Notes: generated from the letters alone by a model not told the origin. A DNA stretch of 48,966 nucleotides from a virus (IMGVR_UViG_3300025392_000867:1-48966), one strand, 5' to 3'. Positions 19,328 through 29,543 are shown, counted from the stretch's first letter. Numbers and translations are program-made.

Positions 19328-20560
19328 ATGATACTAGCGTATCTACTACTACTAACAGGTCTTACAATATCGGCGGTCGCAATTTACTACTCAGTAGTAG
19401 GTTTGACCGCTATATTTTCTGCGGCGGCAATCCCAATCATCATTATGGGGTCAGCTTTGGAAATTGGCAAACTTGTCTGTGCCTCTTGGCTCAAGGCCAA
19501 TTGGGAACGTGCTCCACGTTTCATGAAGTACTATATGACTATTGCAGTCATTGTACTAATGCTAATCACATCAATGGGTATCTTTGGATTTCTTTCTAAA
19601 GCACACAACGATCAAACACTAGTAAGTGGTGATGTTGGAAGTAAGATAGCAATATATGATGAAAAAATCAAAACTGCCAAAGAGAATATCGAAGCTGACC
19701 GCAAGCAACTTAAACAGATGGATGAAGCAGTGGACCAGATCATGGGTCGCTCGTCAGATGAAAAAGGTGCCGATAAAGCCAACGCTGTACGTAAGAGTCA
19801 GCAGAAGGACAGGGTTTCACTTGCCAAAGATATTGAAACCCAGCAGAAACTTATTGCTAGTCTTAACGACGAAGCGGCTCCAATACGTGCAGAAGTACGT
19901 AAGGTCGAAGCCGAAGTTGGTCCTATTAAGTATATCGCTGCCTTCCTCTACGGAACAGCACCGGACGAGTCGATGCTGGAGCGAGCAGTAACTTGGATTA
20001 TTATTTTAATTGTTATTGTATTTGATCCTCTAGCAGTTATTATGTTGTTGGCCGCACAGATGACATTTGCTTGGACTAGAGAACAAAAAAACTCTACATG
20101 GCTCGATGATCAAGCAGAAGAAATAACAGAAGCGTTCAACCAACCGCAGGTCGCTGATGAAATATTAGCACAAGGTGTTACTAATAGTAACCCAGCAGAT
20201 AATGTACCCGTAGTTGACTATGAATTTACCGAAGAAATTAACGAGCTCAATCATCCAGAAATGTTAACTGCTGACAGTACCCAACTTATAGAAGAAGCAG
20301 AAGTTCCTATGAGTACAGAGTCTGAGCTAGATAAATGGAATAAAATGATAGCCGAGGCAGAAGCTGAAGTAGCCAAAACCGCAGAAGAATCTGCTATGGC
20401 AGAACGTCTAGCTACAGGTGAAACTTATATAGATGGCGACGGTGTAGAAACTCCGTTAGAGACTAAAGAAACTATCTACTCAGAAGACGACGGCTCAAAA
20501 AAAAAGACATATATGATCAAGGATCAAACAGGACAGATACAGACCAAGAGCAGAGAGTAG
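19328..20560 (+). CDS. membrane coiled-coil protein with acidic tail; internal slippery site
   Basis: 3 N-terminal TMs, coiled coil, TM (VFDPLAV), acidic tail; TCA AAA AAA AAG at 20495-20506. Confidence 0.8.
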   Translation: MILAYLLLLTGLTISAVAIYYSVVGLTAIFSAAAIPIIIMGSALEIGKLVCASWLKANWERAPRFMKYYMTIAVIVLMLITSMGIFGFLSKAHNDQTLVSGDVGSKIAIYDEKIKTAKENIEADRKQLKQMDEAVDQIMGRSSDEKGADKANAVRKSQQKDRVSLAKDIETQQKLIASLNDEAAPIRAEVRKVEAEVGPIKYIAAFLYGTAPDESMLERAVTWIIILIVIVFDPLAVIMLLAAQMTFAWTREQKNSTWLDDQAEEITEAFNQPQVADEILAQGVTNSNPADNVPVVDYEFTEEINELNHPEMLTADSTQLIEEAEVPMSTESELDKWNKMIAEAEAEVAKTAEESAMAERLATGETYIDGDGVETPLETKETIYSEDDGSKKKTYMIKDQTGQIQTKSRE

Positions 20561-20853
20561 AATATATTCAAAATGCAGAACAGTCAACTACAGAAACACT
20601 ATGGAGTAAAATAAATTCAAGGCTAACTACTAAGCCGATAGATCAACTTTATAAATGGCATGGAGAAAATGTATTCCTAGAATTTATAGTTGATAGACAG
20701 CTAGAACCAGCACTATACAATTTTGTAGAAGATATTAAAAAGAATGGCGCTGTATTTGGAAATTATTCAGAAGAAAAATTAAGAGAATTTGAAGAACGAT
20801 TATATGAACTTAGGAAAGATAACTTTAATAACTCCACCGGACAAATTGTTTAA
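20506..20853 (+). CDS. start-less -1 frame extension (115 aa) of 19328 gene
   Basis: Open frame DIYDQGSNRTDT...YIQNAEQSTTETLWSKI...GQIV* begins at the slippery site and has no in-frame ATG/GTG/TTG. Confidence 0.6.
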   Translation, partial: DIYDQGSNRTDTDQEQRVEYIQNAEQSTTETLWSKINSRLTTKPIDQLYKWHGENVFLEFIVDRQLEPALYNFVEDIKKNGAVFGNYSEEKLREFEERLYELRKDNFNNSTGQIV

Positions 20854-21217
20854 TATGAATTTGAGTTACTTATTGGTTAAACCAAGTAACTTTGTCAAGG
20901 AACAATTTCAAACTATTTTGAGTGCGAGTATAGATGATCTAAACGTCTTTATTTTTGACAATGATGATCATGATATTAGCTGGCTTTTGAGTATAGCTAT
21001 TCAAGTTGACTGTGTAATCGTTGATATTGATAACTGCGACCCAATTACCCAAAAATTTGTTACATTTATGCTTGCCCAGCCTAATGCACACTACATAACT
21101 TCAGACGACACAACTCCTTATAAATTGATAAGTAAAAATCGCATCTACGATTTAGATTGGATCGTAGAGCAATTAAAAAATCAAGAAGAAGATAACGATG
21201 ATATTCAAGAAGAATAA
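20804..21217 (+). CDS. hypothetical protein
   Basis: ORF, probable start ATG 20804. Confidence 0.7.
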   Translation: MNLGKITLITPPDKLFNMNLSYLLVKPSNFVKEQFQTILSASIDDLNVFIFDNDDHDISWLLSIAIQVDCVIVDIDNCDPITQKFVTFMLAQPNAHYITSDDTTPYKLISKNRIYDLDWIVEQLKNQEEDNDDIQEE

Positions 21218-21431
21218 AGGAACTGGGGTTACTGTTAAAGAAGGCGAAAACATCAATCAAAGTTTACGCCGATTTAAACGTAAAATCGAAGAAGCTGGCA
21301 CTTTGGATACATTGCGCTCAAAGGAGTTTTATGAAAAACCAACTACCGAGCGTAAGCGTAAAAAAGGAGCCGCCAAAGCACGATGGAAAAAGAAGCTCCG
21401 TGACCAGCAACTACCACCAAAACTCTATTGA
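21198..21431 (+). CDS. rpsU: ribosomal protein bS21
   Basis: [17 protein letters not shown]...[13 protein letters not shown]. Confidence 0.93.
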   Translation: MIFKKNKGTGVTVKEGENINQSLRRFKRKIEEAGTLDTLRSKEFYEKPTTERKRKKGAAKARWKKKLRDQQLPPKLY

Positions 21432-21456
21432 CATAATACCCTAGTGGTGTTATAAT
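21428..21456 (+). promoter_or_regulatory. sigma70 promoter
   Basis: TTGACA-17 nt-TATAAT with extended -10 TG. Confidence 0.85.
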
Positions 21457-21483
21457 ATAAGTTCAATTTAAAGAAAGAACTTA

Positions 21484-22068
21484 ATGGCCAATACCGATAT
21501 CATGATTGACCTTGAAACACTCAATACAACTCCTGACGCCAGTATCTTAACAATCGGCGCTGTAAAATTTGATCCGTTCGGATCAGAAATCAAAGAACCA
21601 AAAATGGACAGTTTCTACTGCCGAGTAGACTTAGATAGTTGTGATCGCATCGGTCTAACTACTAATGACGATACTATTGCTTGGTGGGCCCAACAAAGTA
21701 AAGAAGCACAAGAAGCGGCATTTGATCCTAATGATCGATTAGATATTGAAGAAGCATTTGCTCGCTTATATAAATTCTGCTGGGGAGCAAAGCGTGTATG
21801 GTCGAATGGATCGTGTTTTGATATTATCATTTGCGAACACGTATTCCGTAAAATTAATAGAGCTATTCCTTGGAAGTTCTGGGAAGTACGCGATGTACGT
21901 ACAGCATTTGATTTGGGAATCAATCCACAGCGTCCTCCGGTAACAGCACACCATGCGTTGGAAGATGCATGGAACCAAGCAGTAGGAATTCAAAATGTCT
22001 ACAATACTCTCCGAACTAGCACAACTAGCGGTGGCACTTACATCGCTCCCTTTGCCAACCAAAGATAG
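21484..22068 (+). CDS. DEDDh 3'-5' exonuclease
   Basis: MIDLETL, WSNGSCFD, RDVRT, HHALEDA. Confidence 0.88.
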   Translation: MANTDIMIDLETLNTTPDASILTIGAVKFDPFGSEIKEPKMDSFYCRVDLDSCDRIGLTTNDDTIAWWAQQSKEAQEAAFDPNDRLDIEEAFARLYKFCWGAKRVWSNGSCFDIIICEHVFRKINRAIPWKFWEVRDVRTAFDLGINPQRPPVTAHHALEDAWNQAVGIQNVYNTLRTSTTSGGTYIAPFANQR

Positions 22069-22069
22069 T

Positions 22070-22288
22070 ATGCATTTTACAAATACCAATAATCCCATAG
22101 ACTTTCCCCCTTGTGGCTGTTATAAGTGTATGAGTAAAATTAAAGATGTTAACGGAATCAGCCCTACCTCATACACATTTATTGTGTGCCCTACCTGCGG
22201 GAATAAAAGATGTCCTAAGTCAACTGATCACAATTTGGAATGTACTAATAGCAATGAACCTGGACAAAAAGGAAGTAGATATGAATAG
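22070..22288 (+). CDS. small Cys-rich zinc-binding protein
   Basis: CGCYKC, CPTCGNKRCP..H...C; probable start ATG 22070. Confidence 0.7.
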   Translation: MHFTNTNNPIDFPPCGCYKCMSKIKDVNGISPTSYTFIVCPTCGNKRCPKSTDHNLECTNSNEPGQKGSRYE

Positions 22289-22556
22289 TCAAGAACGTGA
22301 AGTAATGAACATTCTCTCAGAAGAATGTGCTGAAGTAATTCAAGCAATTAGTAAATGCCATCGTTTTGGCATTGACAACTATAAGCCAGGTAAGCCAAAG
22401 ACTAACCGAGAACATTTGGAAGAAGAACTGGGTGACTTGTATGCCATGATTGAAATCTTACAAGAGATGGATGTAATCAGTTGGACTAATATTGAACAAG
22501 CCGCCAAAGCTAAAAGAGAAAAACTTAAGAAATGGTCAACTATAGAAAACTTGTAA
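22281..22556 (+). CDS. MazG-like nucleotide pyrophosphohydrolase
   Basis: EECAEVIQA...LEEELGDL. Confidence 0.8.
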   Translation: MNSQEREVMNILSEECAEVIQAISKCHRFGIDNYKPGKPKTNREHLEEELGDLYAMIEILQEMDVISWTNIEQAAKAKREKLKKWSTIENL

Positions 22557-23266
22557 TCTTTATAGGATTACTTGTTAGTTGCCATTGTTATGCTTTTAGT
22601 TTTCCTAAAGTTACAGCTAAAAGTTGGCTAGTTGCAGACGAAACTGGCAAAGTAATTCAAAGCGAGAATCCTGATCAAGTTCGTAGTATTGCGAGTATTA
22701 GCAAACTCATGACTGCCATGGTTGTACTCGATAGTCATCAAGATTTATCGGAACCCATCGGTAAATTTACTCGTGGACAATTAATAGATATGGCAATTAT
22801 ACATTCGGATAATCGTGCGGCAAAAGTCTTATGCGAAAATTATCCAGGCGGTGAATCAGTTTGTGTTCATGCAATGAACATGAAAGCCAGACTGTTAGGC
22901 ATGCCCAATACTGGTTTTGTAGAGCCAACCGGACTTAGCGTGTTCAATGTAAGTACTGCTACTGAACTAATAAAATTAGTACAGGCCGCAAGTCAGTATC
23001 CTGAAATAGTCAATGCATCAGGCTCTAGCGAAGTTAAAATTAAAATACGCAATAAATGGTTTGTATTTCACAATACAAACCCTATCATAGGTAAAAGGCA
23101 TAAATTTATAGTAAGCAAGACGGGTTATATTAATGCCAGTGGTGGTTGCATAGTTATGATGCTTGATACAGATATTGGGCGTAGGATTGTCGTAGTCCTG
23201 GGCAGTAAAAATACTAAAACACGTATTCCTGAAGCAGAATTTATTGCTCAAAAATACGCAAACTAG
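22532..23266 (+). CDS. peptidase S11 D-Ala-D-Ala endo/carboxypeptidase (PBP7-like)
   Basis: Signal peptide; SISK, SDN and KTG motifs. Confidence 0.9.
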   Translation: MVNYRKLVIFIGLLVSCHCYAFSFPKVTAKSWLVADETGKVIQSENPDQVRSIASISKLMTAMVVLDSHQDLSEPIGKFTRGQLIDMAIIHSDNRAAKVLCENYPGGESVCVHAMNMKARLLGMPNTGFVEPTGLSVFNVSTATELIKLVQAASQYPEIVNASGSSEVKIKIRNKWFVFHNTNPIIGKRHKFIVSKTGYINASGGCIVMMLDTDIGRRIVVVLGSKNTKTRIPEAEFIAQKYAN

Positions 23267-23278
23267 AAATATCAGAGA

Positions 23279-23364
23279 TAAATAATTATGTGCTAGAACG
23301 CCGTAAGGGTTTAGTACAACGGGCAAGGTGCCCAAAATTACTCGCTTAATTAAAGGAGAATATT
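23279..23364 (+). promoter_or_regulatory. dnaK 5' UTR with ROSE-like RNA thermometer
   Basis: TAAATA, two hairpins, then CTCGCTT-AATTAA-AGGAG (U(U/C)GCU opposite the SD). Confidence 0.6.
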
Positions 23365-25278
23365 ATGAGTAAAATCATCGGTATCGATTTAGGTACAACA
23401 AATAGCTGTGTAGCAATCTTAGAAAACGGAATTGCTAAGGTAATTGAAAACAGCGAAGGTGCTAGAACAACACCATCAATCATTGCATATACAAAGGACG
23501 AGATCCTAGTTGGTGCAACAGCAAAACGACAAGCAGTCACAAACCCAAAGAACACAATCTACGCAAGCAAGCGTCTAATTGGACGTAAGTTTGACGAGAA
23601 AGAAGTACAAAAAGACATCGACTTAATGCCTTACACTATTGTTAAGGCAGATAATGGTGACGCTTGGATTGAAGCAAATGGCGAAAAATTAGCGCCACAA
23701 CAAGTGTCAGCAGAAGTACTTCGCAAAATGAAAAAGACTGCTGAAGACTATTTGGGTACAACAGTTACTCAAGCAGTTATCACTGTTCCGGCTTACTTCA
23801 ACGACAGCCAACGTCAAGCAACTAAAGATGCTGGCCGTATCGCTGGTCTAGAAGTTCTACGTATTATTAATGAGCCAACAGCGGCTGCCTTAGCATACGG
23901 TGTTGATAAAGCAGACAAGAAGGATCGTAAGATTGCCGTATACGACCTAGGTGGTGGTACATTTGATATTTCAATTATCGAAATTGCTAATATTGATGGC
24001 GACAAGCAAATTGAAGTATTGTCAACAAATGGCGATACATTCCTAGGCGGTGAAGACTTTGACCAAGTTATCATGGACTATCTAGTAGACGAGTTCAAGA
24101 AAGACAACGGTGTCGATCTTAAGAAAGATATGTTGGCCTTACAGCGTTTGAAAGAAGCCGCAGAAAAGGCCAAGATTGAACTGTCAAGCACCACTAGTAC
24201 AACAGTTAATTTGCCTTACATCACAGCAGATGCAAATGGTCCTAAGCATATGAATGTAACTATCAGCCGTAGTAAGTTTGAAGCAATGGTTGAGAAACTA
24301 ATCGAGCATTCAATTGAGCCATGTAAGATTGCTATGGCAGACGCTAAAGTAACTGCCGCAGACATTGACGAAGTTATCTTAGTGGGTGGACAAACACGTA
24401 TGCCTAAGGTACAAGAAGCAGTTGAGAAACTGTTCGGTAAGGCTCCACGTAAAGACGTTAACCCAGACGAAGCAGTAGCCGCAGGTGCCGCAGTACAAGG
24501 TGCTGTTCTAGCCGGCGACAAGACAGATGTATTGTTATTGGACGTTACTCCACTAACATTAGGTATTGAAACAATGGGCGGCGTGTTTACCAAGTTAATC
24601 GCTAAGAACACAACTATCCCAACTAAACACTCACAAACATTCTCAACAGCAGAAGACAATCAACCAGCTGTTACTATCAAAGTAGCACAAGGTGAGCGTG
24701 AGTTGTTCAAGTATAACAAATTACTAGGTGAGTTTAATTTAGAAGGTATTGATCCTGCTCCACGCGGCTTGCCACAAATTGAAGTTACCCTAGACATTGA
24801 TGCTAACGGTATCTTGAATGTTAGTGCTAAGAACAAAGCAACTGGCAAGGAAAACAAGATCACCATCAAGTCTGATTCAGGACTAACTGAAGCTGAAATC
24901 CAACGTATGGTTCGTGAAGCTGAAGAAAATGCTGAAGCAGATAAGAAGGCAAAGGAATTGATCGAAGCTCGTAATAGTGCTGAAGGCACCTCCCATGGTA
25001 TCAAGAAAGACTATGCCGAGTATAAAGATCAATTGACTGAAGAAGAGCAGACTAAGTTTGACGAAGCTGTTACAGCTTTAGATACAGCTTGTGCTGGAGA
25101 AGATCCAGAAGCAATTCAAAAGTCAGTACAGTCGCTTTTTGAAGCCGCAGGGCCAGTGATGACCAAAAAGCAGGCCGCAGAATCTGCCAAAGCAGAAGCT
25201 GAGAAACAGGCTGCTGAAAAAGGTGAACAAACTGTTGATGCTAGCTTCACAGAAGTTGACAAAGACTCAAAAGAGTAA
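23365..25278 (+). CDS. dnaK: Hsp70 chaperone DnaK
   Basis: [27 protein letters not shown]. Confidence 0.98.
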   Translation: MSKIIGIDLGTTNSCVAILENGIAKVIENSEGARTTPSIIAYTKDEILVGATAKRQAVTNPKNTIYASKRLIGRKFDEKEVQKDIDLMPYTIVKADNGDAWIEANGEKLAPQQVSAEVLRKMKKTAEDYLGTTVTQAVITVPAYFNDSQRQATKDAGRIAGLEVLRIINEPTAAALAYGVDKADKKDRKIAVYDLGGGTFDISIIEIANIDGDKQIEVLSTNGDTFLGGEDFDQVIMDYLVDEFKKDNGVDLKKDMLALQRLKEAAEKAKIELSSTTSTTVNLPYITADANGPKHMNVTISRSKFEAMVEKLIEHSIEPCKIAMADAKVTAADIDEVILVGGQTRMPKVQEAVEKLFGKAPRKDVNPDEAVAAGAAVQGAVLAGDKTDVLLLDVTPLTLGIETMGGVFTKLIAKNTTIPTKHSQTFSTAEDNQPAVTIKVAQGERELFKYNKLLGEFNLEGIDPAPRGLPQIEVTLDIDANGILNVSAKNKATGKENKITIKSDSGLTEAEIQRMVREAEENAEADKKAKELIEARNSAEGTSHGIKKDYAEYKDQLTEEEQTKFDEAVTALDTACAGEDPEAIQKSVQSLFEAAGPVMTKKQAAESAKAEAEKQAAEKGEQTVDASFTEVDKDSKE

Positions 25279-25345
25279 TATAATAGTAACGTAGGGCGCC
25301 GATGGTCGGGCCCTACATATTCTTGCTTAATTTAAGGAGATAAAA
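25256..25345 (+). promoter_or_regulatory. sigma70 promoter plus ROSE-like thermometer for hsp20
   Basis: TTGACA(25256)-17 nt-TATAAT(25279); hairpin 25291-25316; CTTGCTT-AATTTA-AGGAG. Confidence 0.7.
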
Positions 25346-25777
25346 ATGGCAACAATGCAATTAAGAGCAATCGACCCAGCTCACTTGGCAAATTTAAGTA
25401 GAGCTCTTGTAGGATTTGATACAATTTTCAATCAACACTTACAGGCAACAAATGGAAACTATCCTCCACATAACATTGTGAAGTATAGTGATAGCGAGTA
25501 TGCTATCGAAGTAGCAGTAGCAGGTTTCAGCAAAGATGAAATCACTGTTGAAGTAGACCAGGATCAATTAATTGTTCGTGGTATTCAACAAAAAGATGAA
25601 AATACTACTAAAGAGTATTTGCATCGCGGGCTTGCTAGCCGTGATTTTGAGCAAAGCTATACACTTGCTGAATACATGGAAGTAAAAGATGCTGAAGTAA
25701 AAGATGGTATGCTAATCATTAGTATTGAGCGTATTGTACCAGAAGCATTACAACCACGTAAGATAGAAATCAAGTAA
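25346..25777 (+). CDS. small heat shock protein (Hsp20/IbpA-like)
   Basis: NYPPHNI, AVAGF, YLHRGLA.R.F, DGML.I, PRKIEI. Confidence 0.95.
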   Translation: MATMQLRAIDPAHLANLSRALVGFDTIFNQHLQATNGNYPPHNIVKYSDSEYAIEVAVAGFSKDEITVEVDQDQLIVRGIQQKDENTTKEYLHRGLASRDFEQSYTLAEYMEVKDAEVKDGMLIISIERIVPEALQPRKIEIK

Positions 25778-25822
25778 TACTAACCTGGGGGAGGCAACTC
25801 CCCCTCTTTGAAAGAGAATAAT

Positions 25823-26125
25823 ATGGCCGGAACAGATATCCAACTAGATGAGAAGATTAAAATTACAGCTTCTGAACCTAAGCGTTGGAAAGTAATAATT
25901 CTTAATGATGACACTACTCCAATGGAGTTTGTTGTTACTGTATTAACAGATATTTTTAGACATACTGAAACTACAGCAAATGATATTATGTTACAAATTC
26001 ACCAAACTGGTAGCGGTGTTGCGGGTACATATAGTTTTGAAATTGCTGAAGCAAAGGCTGTAGAGGCAACAAACTTAGCACGTACTAATACATACCCTTT
26101 ACAAATTAAATTGGAAGAAGAATGA
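25823..26125 (+). CDS. clpS: ATP-dependent Clp protease adaptor
   Basis: VIILNDDTTPMEFVV, MLQIH..G, EIAEAK, YPL. Confidence 0.93.
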   Translation: MAGTDIQLDEKIKITASEPKRWKVIILNDDTTPMEFVVTVLTDIFRHTETTANDIMLQIHQTGSGVAGTYSFEIAEAKAVEATNLARTNTYPLQIKLEEE

Positions 26126-26679
26126 GCCTACGCGAATTAACTAAAGATGCACACACTAATGCCGAGCGTCAAGAATTTGTAAAGATTCTTTTCAGCGGTA
26201 AAATTAATCCTAAATTATATGCTACATTTTTAAAGAATCAGCATCCATGTTACGAAATTTTAGAAGTATGTGCAATGGCACATCCAGGGTTGTTGTCTGG
26301 ATTAATTGATATTCGTAGAGCACCATCGATACTAGCAGATTTTGAAGAATTATGGGATCAAGAAGCAGATGGAGATCCAAAAATTCTTCCTACTACTGAA
26401 CGATATATCAAATATATTTTAAGTATTAAAGATCAACCCGAAAGACTTATGGCCCATATCTATGTACGTCATATGGGGGATCTAGCTGGTGGACAAATGA
26501 TTGCTAAAAAAGTTCCAGGTAGTGGCAAGTTTTATCAATTTGAAAACCCAGAAGTTCTTAAAATGGCTATTCGTGATCGTATCAGCGACGACATGGCCGA
26601 AGAAGCTAAAGTTTGCTTTGGATATGCGACAGACTTATTCAAAGACATGATGGAACTTGTAGAATATACCAATGAGTAA
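26122..26679 (+). CDS. biliverdin-producing heme oxygenase
   Basis: LRELTKDAHTNAE, AHIYVRHMGDLAGGQ. Confidence 0.92.
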   Translation: MSLRELTKDAHTNAERQEFVKILFSGKINPKLYATFLKNQHPCYEILEVCAMAHPGLLSGLIDIRRAPSILADFEELWDQEADGDPKILPTTERYIKYILSIKDQPERLMAHIYVRHMGDLAGGQMIAKKVPGSGKFYQFENPEVLKMAIRDRISDDMAEEAKVCFGYATDLFKDMMELVEYTNE

Positions 26680-27352
26680 AGTATGGGATACTCTAATAAA
26701 TATTCAACATTTATTGGAGAATGAATTTGAACGCACTGGGACTGAAGTTTTCGAATCTGGGATGGATCGTTTTAACCAACCTGGCTGGATTAATAGGGTG
26801 TGGACTGGTGATAGCTATCGCCGTGCTCACGTTGATGTGGTGGATGCGAGGGAAACTAAAGGACTTTGGATGATGCATTGTTGCATCTTTCCACACATAC
26901 ATAATCCTGCTCCAATCTATGGTTTCGATGTAGTAGCTGGCAAGAACAAAATGACTGGCTGTTTTCATGATTTTAGCCCGGCTGGCGACACACACCATCC
27001 TATGATAGAATGGTTTGGTTCTGAAGTTGCCAAACTAGAATGGCGTAAACCACGTGCTTTACCTGATTGGGCACAGCGCATCTTTACAGAACATATGGTA
27101 GCCGCAGGTAATGTTAGTGACGAAACAGAGTTAGATCAGATTACTGCCATGGCTCGAACTACCCTATCACATTACTTAGAAACAGTAGCTGAAACTAATA
27201 ACACTGTGCTAGATACAACAAGTTTTCAGAACTACTACTGCGATAATCAGAAACAAAACCCTCATACACCGCGTGTAATGGTTAGTTTAGGGCTAAGTGA
27301 AGAGGATGTACAAGTGTTTATTCAGGAATGTTTGTTCCCAGAGATAGTATAA
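26672..27352 (+). CDS. pcyX: ferredoxin-dependent bilin reductase, PcyX-like
   Basis: RRAHVD (D55), MMHCCIFP (H69), PIYGFD (D86), YCDNQKQNPHT; Asp rather than the PcyA Glu. Confidence 0.8.
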   Translation: MSKVWDTLINIQHLLENEFERTGTEVFESGMDRFNQPGWINRVWTGDSYRRAHVDVVDARETKGLWMMHCCIFPHIHNPAPIYGFDVVAGKNKMTGCFHDFSPAGDTHHPMIEWFGSEVAKLEWRKPRALPDWAQRIFTEHMVAAGNVSDETELDQITAMARTTLSHYLETVAETNNTVLDTTSFQNYYCDNQKQNPHTPRVMVSLGLSEEDVQVFIQECLFPEIV

Positions 27353-27362
27353 ATATTATACT

Positions 27363-29024
27363 ATGCTAATAAGTGATATTATTAAACCCAGGCTAGATGA
27401 AGCCGCAATGAAGATCACAAACGGTCTTCACCCAGGGTATCTTACAAATATGATTGACATGATCAACCATAATGTCCCGTTTGCAGTTGTTTCTGAAAAA
27501 CATGAAAAATATGGTGAAGCTGTTATCTTAGACCCGTCAATGGCTGACTTACTACAAACTGCCTTAGACACTAGTGAGGAGTCAGGTAAGTACTTAAAAA
27601 TAACCACAGATATTAGAAAACTTCAAACAGCAGACGGTCAATCAATATTGTTTACTGAACTTGAAAAGACCAACGACATCAAAGGCGGCGAAGTAGATTA
27701 CAACGTAGGATATATTGGTGAAATTGCCTTAGGTGTTGCGGCAGGAGCAAAGTTCTTACAAGCTGGCGGAGATACTGGATTAGCAGATTTTATAGAACTA
27801 GCAAAAAAACTCAGTATGGATGCTGTTCTTACCCAATCTGGAAAGAAAGGTAGCAGTTTGCAATTATCTTACTCGGGCACTATTACACATGGCAATGGAA
27901 AAGAAGATAATCTTAAATTAATTATCAAAGCACCAGGTAAAGATGTTAAAGCATTTTTAGAGTTTATCAACAATAAACCAGAAGCTATACATCCTAAGGC
28001 AATGGGTGCTATGCTTAGTGCTTTAGAATATGCTAGAAATGCACATAAGATTGCCGCTGGATTAAAACAAACTTCTGAAGATCCTAACACTAACACTATA
28101 CAAGTTGTTAGCGATGGTATCAGTGATCAAAAAGGCACTAAGGCAGATTTGATTATGGAGATCGATGGATCTAAAATAAATCTATTAAGTGTTAAGACTG
28201 GTCCTAGTCAATTAGGACAAGCTAGTGGGCACGAATGGATTAAGCAACTAAAATTCTTTGAACTAGTATTTGGCTTGAATGTAAGTGAGTATGAACAGTA
28301 CTGGGGATCTTCAAATTCAGAACATCTTAATGCATTAAAGCAAATTTGGCCATTGGCTATTGCTAAAGTTGAAAGATTAACTGGCGGCGATAGTGTTCGC
28401 AAAGAAGCCACTCTTGTTAAATCTATTGCTAATGGTTTAATTAGATATGCCAACAACTGGGATGAAGCAACTGGCAAAACTGAAACAGTCGATATTGTAA
28501 AACTAGTTACAGATCCAGGAAGTCCGGGATATAAACTAATGCAGATTGACGACAGATTAATTGCCGCCATGGAAAAAACTGATTTGATTGGTTGGCAACC
28601 GTCTGGCGGAATGGGTGTCAATATTAGTGGTTTGATTAATACTACTAATGCTAAAGGACAAACTGTACAAAAGAAAGTAGCGTTATGTAGAATGTGGAGC
28701 ACATTGTCAGGTACTACTGTACGTACAAATGTTGCTGGTGGTCCGCTTTTAGATGAACTAGCATTGATAACCCCTACTAATGCACAACCAATAACACCCC
28801 AAGGTCAGGCACAAACACACAAAGCAAAAGAACTTGCTAAAGCACCCCCACCAGCACCCCCAACAGCACCTGCGCAACCAATAGCACAACAAAATACTAC
28901 TAATTTACAAGGTACAGAATTTACATCACAAGCACCTCGACAAGCAGGTGTTCCCGAAGAAGAACCTGAACCAGCAATGGAAGACTTAAAAGCTATTCTT
29001 AAAAATGCTGGTTTATTATCCTAA
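27363..29024 (+). CDS. large late protein, possible PD-(D/E)XK fold, putative head-packaged
   Basis: TATAAATA; MLISDII...LDEA N-terminus; TKADL...LLSVK; C-terminal DLKAILKNAGL. Confidence 0.55.
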   Translation: MLISDIIKPRLDEAAMKITNGLHPGYLTNMIDMINHNVPFAVVSEKHEKYGEAVILDPSMADLLQTALDTSEESGKYLKITTDIRKLQTADGQSILFTELEKTNDIKGGEVDYNVGYIGEIALGVAAGAKFLQAGGDTGLADFIELAKKLSMDAVLTQSGKKGSSLQLSYSGTITHGNGKEDNLKLIIKAPGKDVKAFLEFINNKPEAIHPKAMGAMLSALEYARNAHKIAAGLKQTSEDPNTNTIQVVSDGISDQKGTKADLIMEIDGSKINLLSVKTGPSQLGQASGHEWIKQLKFFELVFGLNVSEYEQYWGSSNSEHLNALKQIWPLAIAKVERLTGGDSVRKEATLVKSIANGLIRYANNWDEATGKTETVDIVKLVTDPGSPGYKLMQIDDRLIAAMEKTDLIGWQPSGGMGVNISGLINTTNAKGQTVQKKVALCRMWSTLSGTTVRTNVAGGPLLDELALITPTNAQPITPQGQAQTHKAKELAKAPPPAPPTAPAQPIAQQNTTNLQGTEFTSQAPRQAGVPEEEPEPAMEDLKAILKNAGLLS

Positions 29025-29092
29025 ACTAAACTACTAGTTTAATTTAACCCTAGCCCCAATAAATACTAATAAGACTTACCGGGGGCGAATCC

Positions 29093-29542
29093 ATGTCTAA
29101 AAAAGCAATATTATTGCTAGCATTCTTACCTGTTGCAGGTTTTGCGGCATCTACGGGTGATTTCCAATTTAAAAATCCATCATTTAATGGCGTTGGATTC
29201 AGCTCTCACGTGCTTACTATAGAGAATCAAGAATACACACGTCAACAACAAATTCAAAAAGATATACAAGCGGCATTACAAGCTCAAGCTACTGCCGCAC
29301 AAAATACCAATATTGCTAAGTTCTTAAACAATTTAGAGTCGAGGATCTATGCACAGATTAGTCAAAACTTAGCCACAGCTATGTTTGCTAATGGTGGTTC
29401 AAATTCGGGTACATTAAACTTTGAAGGTAATAGTATATATTGGACTAAGGATAGTTCAAACGTGTATCTTACGGTAACTGATACAGTAGGTAATCAAACA
29501 CAAGTGACTGTTCCGTTAGGCCAATTCCAGTTTGGAAATTAA
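29093..29542 (+). CDS. csgF: curli assembly component CsgF-like
   Basis: Signal peptide then FQFKNPSFNG; FLNNLESRIYAQIS; directly upstream of csgG. Confidence 0.8.
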   Translation: MSKKAILLLAFLPVAGFAASTGDFQFKNPSFNGVGFSSHVLTIENQEYTRQQQIQKDIQAALQAQATAAQNTNIAKFLNNLESRIYAQISQNLATAMFANGGSNSGTLNFEGNSIYWTKDSSNVYLTVTDTVGNQTQVTVPLGQFQFGN

Positions 29543-29543
29543 C

